Position numbers and translations under genes: made by a program | Notes under the pieces: generated by a model | What the model was told of the DNA's origin: nothing | The model's database searches: none | Seen by the model: only the letters and a program-made list of their open reading frames with translations | NCBI GenBank assembly: GCA_031962025.1 | Contig: JAVRKW010000008.1 | Origin: Pseudothermotoga sp. | GTDB lineage: Bacteria > Thermotogota > Thermotogae > Thermotogales > DSM-5069 | Length of the DNA: 64,000 nt | Reading direction: 5' to 3' (one strand) | Part shown: piece after piece, positions 28,276-38,482 of the stretch | Layout: every line of letters starts with the position of its first letter | Position numbering within the stretch: the stretch's first letter is position 1

Positions 28276-28742
28276 TCATGCCGCGCAGATTTTCAATTTT
28301 ACTGACTGTTTTAATTTTCGTGGTCTTTGCCGCCTATTTTGATATCTACGACTACTTTAGATTCAGCAGTCTTTCCAAAAAGATCGATGCCGAACTTGTC
28401 AGGCTACTTGAATACGATAAAAATGTCACGGCGAAAAAAGATTACATTGACCAGCTTGAGAAAACGATAGAACCGAAGATAAAATTAAACCAGATCAAAA
28501 ACCTTGCAAGCAAACTTGGATTGAATTTCACAACAGATAAAGACGGAACGTACATCATACAGGGAGAAAGTTCATCTGAGGATTTTTCAGATATACTTTA
28601 CATGATCCTGAATTCAGCAAATGTGAGCATAAAATCGCTGACAGTTACGAACAATCTCAAAGTTCCAGTAGAGATCTCTGGTATTACAGGCAAAGGTTCT
28701 GTGAATTTCAAAATCGTTTTTACGGGTGTGATGGTTGAATGA
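28272..28742 (+). CDS. PilO-like bitopic protein
   Basis: Single N-terminal TM, coiled coil, ferredoxin-like end; operon position. Confidence 0.45.
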   Translation: MIMPRRFSILLTVLIFVVFAAYFDIYDYFRFSSLSKKIDAELVRLLEYDKNVTAKKDYIDQLEKTIEPKIKLNQIKNLASKLGLNFTTDKDGTYIIQGESSSEDFSDILYMILNSANVSIKSLTVTNNLKVPVEISGITGKGSVNFKIVFTGVMVE

Positions 28743-29209
28743 ACAGAAGAATCGTTTTTCTATTGATCTTACTGGCTGGTGTGTGGAGCGGAGCCATCTA
28801 TTTTCTGTTTTTCTATGCAAAGACGCCAAAACCTGTCAGTGTCGTTCAGACCAGTCAGCAAATCCCACCGCTCAGAAGAAGGTTAGGACCAGAAGATTTG
28901 AAAAACATATCGCAAAAATTTCAGCAAAACGTGCAAAAGATAAACCCGCTTGAACCTTATTCGCTGAAGTTCGATAAAGAAAAACTGAACGCCGATATGC
29001 TTTCATTGATTGAAACCCTTCCTGGTTATAAATTTTCAGGTTATGCAAAAGGCGAGAACGACAGGTTCATCCTTTTGAGTAGCGGCGGTCAGGTTTTCAA
29101 AAAATGCCTGGACGATATTCTGGATGGAAGGTATCTGATTCTGCATGTAACGAGTTTTGCCGTTGCAGTTTTAGATCTGCAAACCGGAAATCTGTTAACA
29201 ATAAGGTGA
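28739..29209 (+). CDS. PilP-like protein
   Basis: N-terminal TM, NPLEPY motif, directly before the secretin. Confidence 0.45.
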   Translation: MNRRIVFLLILLAGVWSGAIYFLFFYAKTPKPVSVVQTSQQIPPLRRRLGPEDLKNISQKFQQNVQKINPLEPYSLKFDKEKLNADMLSLIETLPGYKFSGYAKGENDRFILLSSGGQVFKKCLDDILDGRYLILHVTSFAVAVLDLQTGNLLTIR

Positions 29210-29221
29210 GGGGGGACATAT

Positions 29222-32200
29222 ATGAAAAAAACCCTTGTGCTGGTTTTTGTACTATTGATAACCATTCTGTATGGAGCGCAGATTACCAGTATCAGTCCGA
29301 TCTTTCAAGATGGACAGGTAACCTTTCGCATCGACACAGATGTGAACCTTTCCAAGGACAATGTTTTTGTCGAGAAAAACGCCGCAGGTTCACTTGTTTC
29401 GATTCACCTTAAAAATGTGAATCTATCAAGCTCTCCTTTCTTCTTACCTGTTGCCTACGGACCCGTTGATTCATTGAGGGCTATTGGTACCTACCAGGGT
29501 TCACTGGTTCTATTTCAACTATTGATACCAAAAGAACCATTGATCGAATTTGATGGAAAAACTCTGAAAGTGACTTTTAAAGGTTCTGAGAAACATATAG
29601 ATCTTGCTTTAACCGAAGGAAGCAATCTTGAAACCGCCGTGAAATTTCTGGCAGAAGAGCTCAATTTGAACGTTGTTCTGTCAGACACGGTGAAAGCGGC
29701 TAAACTGGCTCTGAAACTTTCGAACATAACACCGGAAGAGGCTCTGAGAAACATATTACTGACCATCAGAGTGGGCACAGAGCCGATGGCTTACAGCTAC
29801 ATGCCAGATGGTACACTGCACATAGGAACGAAAAAAGAGATCTCCCAGAGATTTGCTCAGTTCTGGGGTATATACGAAGCCAGCGAAGACATCGTTCAGA
29901 AGATAGAAAAAATCCTTTCTCCAACAACCGTCATGACTTACCTGCCAAACAAAGCACTGCTGTTCATTTACGGAGATATTTACGAACAAGAACTGATTTC
30001 TAAGATACTTTCTGTTACACCACCTTCTGTCACAAGAGAAATCACCGTATCTGCACCAGTAGAAGATGTTTCAAAACTGCTCAATTCACTGAAGAACGTT
30101 TACACCTTCCAGTTCAATCTCCTTGAAGGACTTGATAAATTCATAATCACCGGTGACTCCAAGACAGTTCAGACCGTCGTGAATTACGTATCACAACTGG
30201 AAGAAAGATTTAGAAAATCACAGACAGAAACATCTTCAGTTGAGCAGACAAAAACACAACCACAGGTGCAATCAAAACAGATCAAGGTGATATATCCAAA
30301 GGAAGCTTGCGATGTTCTTAAGGCAATTGGAATCGATGCTGTGCAATTACCATTTGGTGTACTGGAGCTCAAAGGATCACAGATTCAATTAGAAATCGCA
30401 CAGGGTGTGCTGAATGACCTTGGTTTTACAGGAACGGCAGAGGTTGAACTTCTGGATATTCCAAAGCAAATACAGCAAAAGGTCTTATCAGCACTCAGTG
30501 TGGTCTTTGATGTACCTTCATCGCGGTTTGTCGATTTGCAGGAAGGTCTGTTTGTCATAGCTCCATCAGAGATCAGAAAAGGTATTAAAAATATCGCCTC
30601 TGAACTAACCCGATTTTATTACACTCTCAGGCAGTCTGAAGTTTTCTTCTTGAATGATGAGCAGACAGCAGCGCAGATATCACAGATACTGAATCAAATA
30701 TATGGAATAGAGAGCGTCACAGTTCAAAACATCCTCAAAATCACCGGATCCGAGGAAGATCTGAACAAAGCCAGAACCTTTCTCAGAACATTTGTCAAAG
30801 ATAGATTTATAAGAACTGTAAATGTCTCATTCAGCGATGAAACTTACAACGAAGTCAAGACACTCATAGAAAAAACACTTGATGTCAAAGTCGAAGCCAA
30901 TCTAAAATCCCTTGGAGTTGTTCTAATCAGCTCCTATAACCAGGACGATCTGCAAAAAGCCGTAGAGGAATTGCAGAAGATTTATTCGTCAATCACACCT
31001 GTCGCTGCTCAAAAAATAGTAAAAATCGTACCACTGGTTGAAAAATTCAATTTTGAGGATGCAAAATTATCACTCTCAAAACTGTACGAAGTAGATCTTG
31101 AAAAAACAGATCTGTTTTACATAATGACGGGTGAGGAAGAAAAGATACAAGAAGCTGAAAAGTTCCTGGAAAGGATTAGAAATTACTTGCACAAGGAAGA
31201 AACCTACACCATAGTCCAGGTCCCAGAAGGCTTCGAAGCAAAAGATATATCAGATATATTGAGCAAATTAACACAAATCAACATTTACACGGCAAATCGG
31301 ATGATGATATTGCACGGTGAAAAACAAGCAATAGAAAAAGCACAGGATTTTCTGAATCAAATTCAAGTTGTCGTGTCCAAGATAAAACCAGAAGAACCAA
31401 AAACAGAGTCGATTGTGAGAATCCTTGAATATAGAGAAGATATACCTGATGATGAATTCAAAAGTTTCTTACAATCCATTAATAACAACACGAAATTCGA
31501 TGCGTTTCCAAAACTTGGTGTAGTTGTCTTCTCTGGTACATCCTTAGATGTACAAAAGGCAGTCGAAGAGTACGAAAAATTCTCTGAAAAAATCAAGCAA
31601 AAAGCCGAAGCACAAAAAGTGGAAAGTCAGCCGATCCAAATAAAAAGAAATCCAGATGAAACCGTTTCGATCAAATGCGATAACAAACCATTGAAAGAAC
31701 TGATATCAAAAGTGGTGGAAGAATTGGGAGTATCATTTGTTTTTGTAAACACACCGGATGAAAATGTGACAATGAACATCTCATCTATAAACTGGGAAGA
31801 TTTTAAGAAGTTCATTGAAGAACAGTATGGATATTCTTTCATTGAAACCAAGGATATCACAGCACTTGTCAAACCAAAGCCTGTTGCGGACACAACCCCA
31901 CAGCAAAAATTTGTATACACACTGCCGCACAACCTTGACAGAGTTAAATCTTTGGTTGAATTCTACGGTGGAAAAGTATACGTGGACGATTTGAAAAATC
32001 TCATCGTAATAACCGGGTTGAGCAAAGAAAATATTCAGCAGATAGAGAGCCTGATGCAGGATATCTCAAAACCAATGAAGCAGGTTGAAATTGAAGCAAG
32101 GTTAGTGGACAGGTCTTTGATAGACAGTTTGGAAAGATCTTTCTCGTTCAGCATATCTTTACCGGGTATTGTGAATCCCGAGATAAGTCTCAGCGATTCA

Positions 32201-32767
32201 GAGCTGAATATCACAACAAGTGTGATAAATATGTTTGACTACCAGAGATTATTATCTTTTCTCAAGGATGCTTCTGTGACTGTTTCTTCAAAAATAAATG
32301 ATTCGAATAATTTGAACAATATTCTGGCAAGTCCAAGAATCGTAACAAGCAGTGGTAAAGAAGCAAGAATATTAATAGGAGACAGAATACCATATCAAAC
32401 AGTCGATCAAAATGGCAATGTCTCGGTGAATTTCTTAGATACAGGTATAGAGCTTAAAATAACTCCATACGTACAAAACGATGGAACTATTGAACTCAAT
32501 GTGTTCACCAAAGTCAGCAAGGCGACCTACTATCCGAACATAAGTATACCCGGTGAAAGCACGCGCGAAGCACAAACACAGGTAACCATCAAAAACGGTG
32601 ACACGCTGGTGATTGGTGGTCTGATCAGAGAAACAAATGAACAAACTGATTCAAAGATACCCGTTCTTGGAGACTTACCTTTCATCGGACAGCTTTTCAG
32701 AACCAAAACTGAACAAAAAGACAAGCGCGAGCTGATAATTTTCATCACAGCTAAGGTGATAGAATGA
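29222..32767 (+). CDS. pilQ: Very large secretin (PilQ/GspD family, 1181 aa)
   Basis: C-terminal secretin domain (ILASPRI, GDRIPY, DTGIELKITP, GDTLVIGGLI, IPVLGDLPFIGQLF) after many N-domain-like segments. Confidence 0.88.
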   Translation: MKKTLVLVFVLLITILYGAQITSISPIFQDGQVTFRIDTDVNLSKDNVFVEKNAAGSLVSIHLKNVNLSSSPFFLPVAYGPVDSLRAIGTYQGSLVLFQLLIPKEPLIEFDGKTLKVTFKGSEKHIDLALTEGSNLETAVKFLAEELNLNVVLSDTVKAAKLALKLSNITPEEALRNILLTIRVGTEPMAYSYMPDGTLHIGTKKEISQRFAQFWGIYEASEDIVQKIEKILSPTTVMTYLPNKALLFIYGDIYEQELISKILSVTPPSVTREITVSAPVEDVSKLLNSLKNVYTFQFNLLEGLDKFIITGDSKTVQTVVNYVSQLEERFRKSQTETSSVEQTKTQPQVQSKQIKVIYPKEACDVLKAIGIDAVQLPFGVLELKGSQIQLEIAQGVLNDLGFTGTAEVELLDIPKQIQQKVLSALSVVFDVPSSRFVDLQEGLFVIAPSEIRKGIKNIASELTRFYYTLRQSEVFFLNDEQTAAQISQILNQIYGIESVTVQNILKITGSEEDLNKARTFLRTFVKDRFIRTVNVSFSDETYNEVKTLIEKTLDVKVEANLKSLGVVLISSYNQDDLQKAVEELQKIYSSITPVAAQKIVKIVPLVEKFNFEDAKLSLSKLYEVDLEKTDLFYIMTGEEEKIQEAEKFLERIRNYLHKEETYTIVQVPEGFEAKDISDILSKLTQINIYTANRMMILHGEKQAIEKAQDFLNQIQVVVSKIKPEEPKTESIVRILEYREDIPDDEFKSFLQSINNNTKFDAFPKLGVVVFSGTSLDVQKAVEEYEKFSEKIKQKAEAQKVESQPIQIKRNPDETVSIKCDNKPLKELISKVVEELGVSFVFVNTPDENVTMNISSINWEDFKKFIEEQYGYSFIETKDITALVKPKPVADTTPQQKFVYTLPHNLDRVKSLVEFYGGKVYVDDLKNLIVITGLSKENIQQIESLMQDISKPMKQVEIEARLVDRSLIDSLERSFSFSISLPGIVNPEISLSDSELNITTSVINMFDYQRLLSFLKDASVTVSSKINDSNNLNNILASPRIVTSSGKEARILIGDRIPYQTVDQNGNVSVNFLDTGIELKITPYVQNDGTIELNVFTKVSKATYYPNISIPGESTREAQTQVTIKNGDTLVIGGLIRETNEQTDSKIPVLGDLPFIGQLFRTKTEQKDKRELIIFITAKVIE

Positions 32768-33603
32768 AAAGACCTGCTGTGGTAGCCGGCAGCTTTTATC
32801 CAGATTCGATTGACAGGTTGAAATCCACCATCGAAGAATGTTTTCTGTCGCCGATTGGTCCTGGATATATTCCAGAAAAGATCGATAAATTGCTCGAACA
32901 GAATCTGGCAGTGATTGTGCCGCATGCAGGTTATGTTTACAGCGGACCTGTTGCGGCACATGCCTATGCTCAAATCGCCAGATCTGGAAAACCAGAACTC
33001 GTGGTTCTAATTGGTCCTAACCACACCGGATTTGGCTCACAGGTGAGTGTCTGGAATCAGGGTGAATGGCTCACTCCATTTGGATCCTTGCAGGTACACG
33101 AACAAGCCGCAGAGATATTTCTTCAAAACTGCGATGAAGCTGCTGCCGACTGGCAGTCACATATGTACGAACATTCGCTTGAAGTTCAACTGCCTTTTTT
33201 GCAGTATCTATTCGGTGAATTCAAGATATTGCCTATTTGCGTTTCCCCGGTTTTTATAAACACCTGCCAGAAGATAGCATCTGCTCTTGATGAGATCGCA
33301 AAAAAATATTCATCGGTTCTGTTTGTTTTTTCGACAGATCTCAACCACTATGAAAATGATCAAATAACAAATCAAAAAGATCAATGGGTGATAGAGAAAA
33401 TAAGTCAAAAAGATCCTGTGGGACTTTACACCGTGGTTGCAAAACAGAAAGTGACAATGTGCGGTCTTTCATCGATTGCAGCTTTGCTCTTTATGAAATA
33501 TTTTGGCAGACCAAAACTGCTGAAACACGCAACAAGCGGTGATGTTACAAAAGACAGAACACAGGTAGTTGGGTACGCCAGTTTCATCTGCGAACGAGCC
33601 TGA
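32764..33603 (+). CDS. amrB: AmmeMemoRadiSam system protein B (MEMO1 family)
   Basis: KRPAVVAGSFYP, PHAGYVYSG, GPNH, EHSLEVQLPFLQ, STDLNHY, TMCG, VVGYAS. Confidence 0.92.
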   Translation: MKRPAVVAGSFYPDSIDRLKSTIEECFLSPIGPGYIPEKIDKLLEQNLAVIVPHAGYVYSGPVAAHAYAQIARSGKPELVVLIGPNHTGFGSQVSVWNQGEWLTPFGSLQVHEQAAEIFLQNCDEAAADWQSHMYEHSLEVQLPFLQYLFGEFKILPICVSPVFINTCQKIASALDEIAKKYSSVLFVFSTDLNHYENDQITNQKDQWVIEKISQKDPVGLYTVVAKQKVTMCGLSSIAALLFMKYFGRPKLLKHATSGDVTKDRTQVVGYASFICERA

Positions 33604-35026
33604 AAAGTTCAGAAAGTTCAGAAAATTTGAGTAATTTGCATATCAACATATAAATCAGCATACCAAACAGGACAAGAAAAATAGTGTAAAGTCTCGATGT
33701 ACTGAAAAAAGACAAAATCAGTACACCTGTGGTCATGACGGCTGATGCACCAAATACTTTTGCAATATAAACCCAATCAAACCTTGGTTTGACCTTGTAA
33801 ATCAGATAGAGCATTCCACAAAAACCCGCGATAGATGTTGCCGCAGCAATTCCAGCCACTTTGAATGTGAGTCCGAGTGCGAAATCCAAAATACCATTTA
33901 CTGTGAAAGAGATAACCGTCGCTTTGAACGGCGTTTTCATATCCTTCTTTGCATGGCAGGCTCTTGAAAGAACAGCCATGATCGAGTAAAGCGGTAATCC
34001 CATTGAATAATAAAACAAAACCACACTTGTTCTAATGGTATCCTGATGAGTGAAGGCACCATGCTGGTAAACAAGAACGATTAATCTTTCGCTCAAAGCC
34101 ATTAAACCAGCCATCGATGGCACAGTCAGGAACAACGATAGCTTCACCGAGTCAAAAAGGTGCTTTTCAAAACTCTGAGCTTCATTCACCATCATGGGCA
34201 GAACCACCGTTGCCATAGCAACGCCGAACACACCAAATGGCAATTGATAGAATCTATTGGCATACTGCATGGCTGAAACATTACCCGGTCCAAGCAAAGA
34301 AGCGACATTCACATCAATCAGAACGTTGAACTCCGAAACTGTCATAGCCAAAAGAGCCGGAAAAAACAGTTTCAAAAACTCCTGAATACCTTCAAAACCT
34401 ACCTTGTATTTGAACCCGACTTTTTTTGAGCCGGGTATCAAACAAATAAACATGAAAAGTCCACCAAGCGTAAAACCCAGAGTTGGACCAACCGTTCTGA
34501 CCCTGAAGATATCCGCAAATAATGTCCCTGTGATCACACCTATATTCATCAAAGTTGGTGAAAGTGCCGGAACAAAAAAGATGTTGTGAGAATTCTGGAT
34601 GGCGTACAGAACAGCCCACAAAAAGATGAAAACCACAAACGGCATACTTATTCTCGAAAGTGATGCTGAAAGAATCTTGGTCTGTTCATCGGCACCACTG
34701 GACAGCACCATCGGTACGATCTGTGGGAAGATCTCGATTAAAATCGTCAGCGAAACTGTCACAATCCCAAGCGTTGTGATAACAGAGGAAGCAAATTCAT
34801 TGCTTTTGTTTTTCTCGTTGTACAGAGGTACAAATGCCGAAGTCATTGCACCTTCGGCAAAAGCCCGGCGAAGCAGGAATGGAAAGGAAATGGCAATCAC
34901 ATAGGCATCGAATTCCACACCTGCACCGAATTTATGTGCAAGCAACATATCCCGAATTAATCCGCTCACCCGGGAGATCATAGTTGCTATGGCAAACAAA
35001 AAGCCATATCTGAGCATCTGTGTCAT
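33584..35026 (-). CDS. murJ: Lipid II flippase MurJ (MviN)
   Basis: SRVSGLIRD, AFAEGA...AFVP, YANRFYQLPFGVFG. Confidence 0.93.
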   Translation of the reverse strand: MTQMLRYGFLFAIATMISRVSGLIRDMLLAHKFGAGVEFDAYVIAISFPFLLRRAFAEGAMTSAFVPLYNEKNKSNEFASSVITTLGIVTVSLTILIEIFPQIVPMVLSSGADEQTKILSASLSRISMPFVVFIFLWAVLYAIQNSHNIFFVPALSPTLMNIGVITGTLFADIFRVRTVGPTLGFTLGGLFMFICLIPGSKKVGFKYKVGFEGIQEFLKLFFPALLAMTVSEFNVLIDVNVASLLGPGNVSAMQYANRFYQLPFGVFGVAMATVVLPMMVNEAQSFEKHLFDSVKLSLFLTVPSMAGLMALSERLIVLVYQHGAFTHQDTIRTSVVLFYYSMGLPLYSIMAVLSRACHAKKDMKTPFKATVISFTVNGILDFALGLTFKVAGIAAATSIAGFCGMLYLIYKVKPRFDWVYIAKVFGASAVMTTGVLILSFFSTSRLYTIFLVLFGMLIYMLICKLLKFSELSELFRLVRR

Positions 35027-35029
35027 TTT

Positions 35030-36232
35030 CTATCTCTTTTCTGAATACGCTTTTAGACCTAAAGCCAGAATTTTCACAGCATCACGAAGTTTTTCCTGAT
35101 CAAGTACGTACGCGATTCTGATCTCATTCAAACCCGCATTTGGAGTTACATAAAAACCATCCAGCGGAGCCACCATGGTTGTTTTGCCTTCTACTTCAAA
35201 ATCAGACAGCATGAATTTGACAAATTCCTCAGAATTGTCCACGGGAAGTTTCACGGAAACATAAAAAGCTCCATGTGGCTTTTTGAAAACCGCTCCTTCT
35301 ATTTTTTTCAGCTCTTCATAAACTGCATCTCTTCTTTTTCTGTATTCTTCTCTGATCGCTTCGGTGTAATCGTCGTTGAGCTTCAAAAGCCCGATCGTTG
35401 CATACTGCGAAGTCATGGAAGGGCACAATCTTGCCTGAGCAAATTTCAGTGCGGCTTGATAGTATTCTCTGTTTTTGGTCAAAAAGGTACCTATTCTTGC
35501 TCCACATGCGCTGTATCTTTTGGAAATGCTGTCCACAACAATGGTTTTATCGATGATCCTGTCAAAGGTCATCATAGATATTGCTTTGTAGCCATCAAAG
35601 GTGAATTCTCTGTAGACTTCATCGGAGATCACACAAAGGTTTTTCTCAAGAGCCACATCCGCAATTATCTGAAGCTGGTGTTCATCATAAACAGCTCCTG
35701 TCGGATTGCACGGGTTAGAAAAAATTATGGCTTTTGTTCTGGGACCTATCTTTTCAAGAAAGGCTTCTTTTCTGGGTACAGAGTAGCCATCTTCCGGATA
35801 TGTCCTGACTGGAACCAGTTTTATTCCAAGCTGTGCTGCAAAACCAGCATAATTGGCATAGAAAGGTTCCAAAACCAGTATCTCATCATCCGGGTCTGCA
35901 ACAACAGCCATGGCAAACAGTACGGCTTCGCTTCCTCCATTTGTCACGATGATCTGGGAAGAAGACACATGCACGTCGAATTTTTTATAGTACTCTGTGA
36001 AGGCTTCACGAAGCTCCAAAAGCCCTGCGGAATGAGTGTAAGCAACGACCTTTGGTTTGTACATCTCTGCATATTCAAAATAGACAGCGGGAGTTGGAAT
36101 ATCAGGTTGTCCGATGTTCAGATAATAAATCTTTTTACCTTTTTTAGCAGCTTCTTCTGCAAATGGTATTAATCTTCTTATGGGACTTGCAGGAGCCTGC
36201 TGTGCCCTGTTAGAGATATTCATCATGCTCAC
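35030..36232 (-). CDS. PLP-dependent aminotransferase class I/II (aspartate aminotransferase-like)
   Basis: LNIGQPD, NPCNPTG, SDEVY, SISKRYSACGARIG. Confidence 0.92.
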   Translation of the reverse strand: MSMMNISNRAQQAPASPIRRLIPFAEEAAKKGKKIYYLNIGQPDIPTPAVYFEYAEMYKPKVVAYTHSAGLLELREAFTEYYKKFDVHVSSSQIIVTNGGSEAVLFAMAVVADPDDEILVLEPFYANYAGFAAQLGIKLVPVRTYPEDGYSVPRKEAFLEKIGPRTKAIIFSNPCNPTGAVYDEHQLQIIADVALEKNLCVISDEVYREFTFDGYKAISMMTFDRIIDKTIVVDSISKRYSACGARIGTFLTKNREYYQAALKFAQARLCPSMTSQYATIGLLKLNDDYTEAIREEYRKRRDAVYEELKKIEGAVFKKPHGAFYVSVKLPVDNSEEFVKFMLSDFEVEGKTTMVAPLDGFYVTPNAGLNEIRIAYVLDQEKLRDAVKILALGLKAYSEKR

Positions 36233-37386
36233 CTCCAGATTTGCATTATATGAAACTTCAAATATCTCGTTTCCGGTACATCGAGTAAAACCGGATGATC
36301 AGCCGGTTGAGATCCTCTGTAAAGTATACATGCTTGAACTTTACAATCTTCTGCAGAGTCCTGTAAAACCTGCTCGAAATCCTGTTCTGATAGAACTTGT
36401 GTACAGCACGAACTGACCAGAATACCAGGCTTTTTCAACAATTTCATCGCTCGAAGATTTATCTCTTTGTGACCTCTTTGGGCGGAAATTTTTGAACTTG
36501 AAGATTTTGCAAAAGAAGGTGGGTCAAGTACGATAAGATCGTATTTTTCCTGTGAAGATTCTTTTCTCAACCAGTCAAAAGCATTTTCCCTTATCAGTTC
36601 ATACCGCCCATCAAAACCATTCAATTTCAAAAGTTGCTCGGCGATACTCAAAGAACGTTCCGAATAGTCGATCAGTTTCACATGTTTTGCACCGTATTTC
36701 AACAGATGCAGGGAAAAATTACCTGTGTAAGAGAACACATCCAGACACACCCTGTCTTTTGCATATGGTAGAACGGCTCTTGCGTTGTACCTTTGATCCA
36801 GAAAGGCACCGGTCTTTTGACCTTTTAAGTCTGCAGCAACTGTCAGATCCTCTGAGCGATAAAATATCACTTCTGGTCCTGAGCCATAAAGCCATTCACA
36901 GATCTGACTTAATCCCTCTTTTGACCTCACGGGAGAATCAGATTTCTCGTAGATACCACTGATTTTCAGTTTTTTCAAAAGGGTCTTCACAATCAGGTCC
37001 TTGAGTTTTTCCATCCCAAGGGTGTTGATCTGAACAACCAGATATGAATCGTATTTATCGACGATCAAACCGGCGAGCCAGTCAGACTCACTGTAAATCA
37101 ACCTGCAAGCTTGTTCAGAATTGAGTATGTGTTCACGTCTCTTTATGGCTTGATCGATTCTTTCCTCGACGATTCTTTGAGCTGTTTTCGGTTGAGTTGT
37201 CAAAAGCCGAACAGTTATCTTTGACTTTGTGTTTATGTAACCGCGACCAAAGAACTTCCCGTTCTGAAGAAGAACATCTACAAGCTCTCCTTCTTCAAAT
37301 TCTCCATCTATTCTGGATATTTCAGTAGAATATATCCATGGATGATAATTTCTCCTATTTTTGTTCAGAACAACGTATGCACTAAT
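36229..37386 (-). CDS. rlmI: RlmI-like SAM-dependent rRNA methyltransferase with PUA domain (open frame extends 61 codons beyond the ORF-track start; possible ATT start)
   Basis: Upstream frame reads HPWIYSTEI..GELVDV..GRGYIN.KSKITVRLL; GQKTGAFLDQR, LDVFSYTG, DPPSFA, YLK motifs. Confidence 0.85.
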   Translation of the reverse strand: MSAYVVLNKNRRNYHPWIYSTEISRIDGEFEEGELVDVLLQNGKFFGRGYINTKSKITVRLLTTQPKTAQRIVEERIDQAIKRREHILNSEQACRLIYSESDWLAGLIVDKYDSYLVVQINTLGMEKLKDLIVKTLLKKLKISGIYEKSDSPVRSKEGLSQICEWLYGSGPEVIFYRSEDLTVAADLKGQKTGAFLDQRYNARAVLPYAKDRVCLDVFSYTGNFSLHLLKYGAKHVKLIDYSERSLSIAEQLLKLNGFDGRYELIRENAFDWLRKESSQEKYDLIVLDPPSFAKSSSSKISAQRGHKEINLRAMKLLKKPGILVSSCCTQVLSEQDFEQVLQDSAEDCKVQACILYRGSQPADHPVLLDVPETRYLKFHIMQIWR

Positions 37387-38470
37387 TTGTCCTCATCCTC
37401 TCGTATAATTTTCTGATGCTCGATTCATCAAATGTACCACGTGTGAACTGTATATGTTTGGCACCAATGGCTCTTTTTACCCATTTTTCGAGTTCTTCAT
37501 CATCGATCTGCAATTTGATTTTTAAACCGCACGATGCAATAAAATCTTTGATATCACCAAAGATCTGATTGATCTTTTTCACCTTCTGGGGAACTTCATC
37601 TTGTGCTGCTTGAACAACAACATCGAGAAATGCGGCCGTTGCATCGCCATGTCTGATTCCTTTGAATGTGCTCAGAGGATATCCAAGTACATGGGCAATA
37701 GTTGTACTTGTCTGACTTATCACCATGCCAGCCAGGCATGAAGCCAGAGACATGGCTGATCTGGCTTCAAGGTCATTTTGATTTTGAAGAACTTTCGGCA
37801 GATTTTCCTTTATCATCTTCATCGCTTCCTGCGCATACAGATCAGACATCGGGGTAGCCCTCTTTGAGAGAAAACCTTCCACCGCATGGCATAACGCATC
37901 AAGACCTGTTGATCTTGTCAACGACACGCTCATACTCACGGTATAAGAAGGGTCCACCATAGCAATAACAGGGAAAATCACATCATGTGCAAATCCCCTT
38001 TTAAAACCACTATCATCTGTGAGAACTGAGTACTGAGTCACTTCGCTACCCGTTCCAGATGTCGTTGGGACAGCTATTATGGGAAGCGATGAACTGTACT
38101 TAGAGGCATCGTACAAATCTTCCACGGACAGGGATTTATTTTTCAAAAGAACAGCTATTGCCTTTGCCGAATCAAGTGGACTGCCGCCGCCTACACCTAT
38201 GACAAAATCGAAATTCTGTATTTTACATTCTGCTACTGCCTCTCGAATGTGATCAAATGTGGGATTTTCTTCTATTCTGTCGTACACGTAAAATTCTATT
38301 CCCAGAAATTCGAGTGCATCTTCAATATCATTCAAAGACCCATTTATCCTGGATGAACTTTTACCCGTTACAATTAAAGCCTTTCTTCCAAAATTTTTGA
38401 ATATCTCCCTGTTTTTCTCAACTACTTTCTGTGAAAAGAAAACCCTTGTTGGCATGAAATATTGCCACAT
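37382..38470 (-). CDS. Iron-containing alcohol dehydrogenase family protein
   Basis: GGGSPLD, PTTSGTGSEVT, DALCHAVE, H..GYP...HG. Confidence 0.92.
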   Translation of the reverse strand: MWQYFMPTRVFFSQKVVEKNREIFKNFGRKALIVTGKSSSRINGSLNDIEDALEFLGIEFYVYDRIEENPTFDHIREAVAECKIQNFDFVIGVGGGSPLDSAKAIAVLLKNKSLSVEDLYDASKYSSSLPIIAVPTTSGTGSEVTQYSVLTDDSGFKRGFAHDVIFPVIAMVDPSYTVSMSVSLTRSTGLDALCHAVEGFLSKRATPMSDLYAQEAMKMIKENLPKVLQNQNDLEARSAMSLASCLAGMVISQTSTTIAHVLGYPLSTFKGIRHGDATAAFLDVVVQAAQDEVPQKVKKINQIFGDIKDFIASCGLKIKLQIDDEELEKWVKRAIGAKHIQFTRGTFDESSIRKLYERMRTN

Positions 38471-38482
38471 TTTCGATACCTC

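Noticed and set aside
35273-36172. 299-aa plus-strand ORF
   Set aside because: Entirely antisense to the aminotransferase, with no motifs; a shadow ORF.
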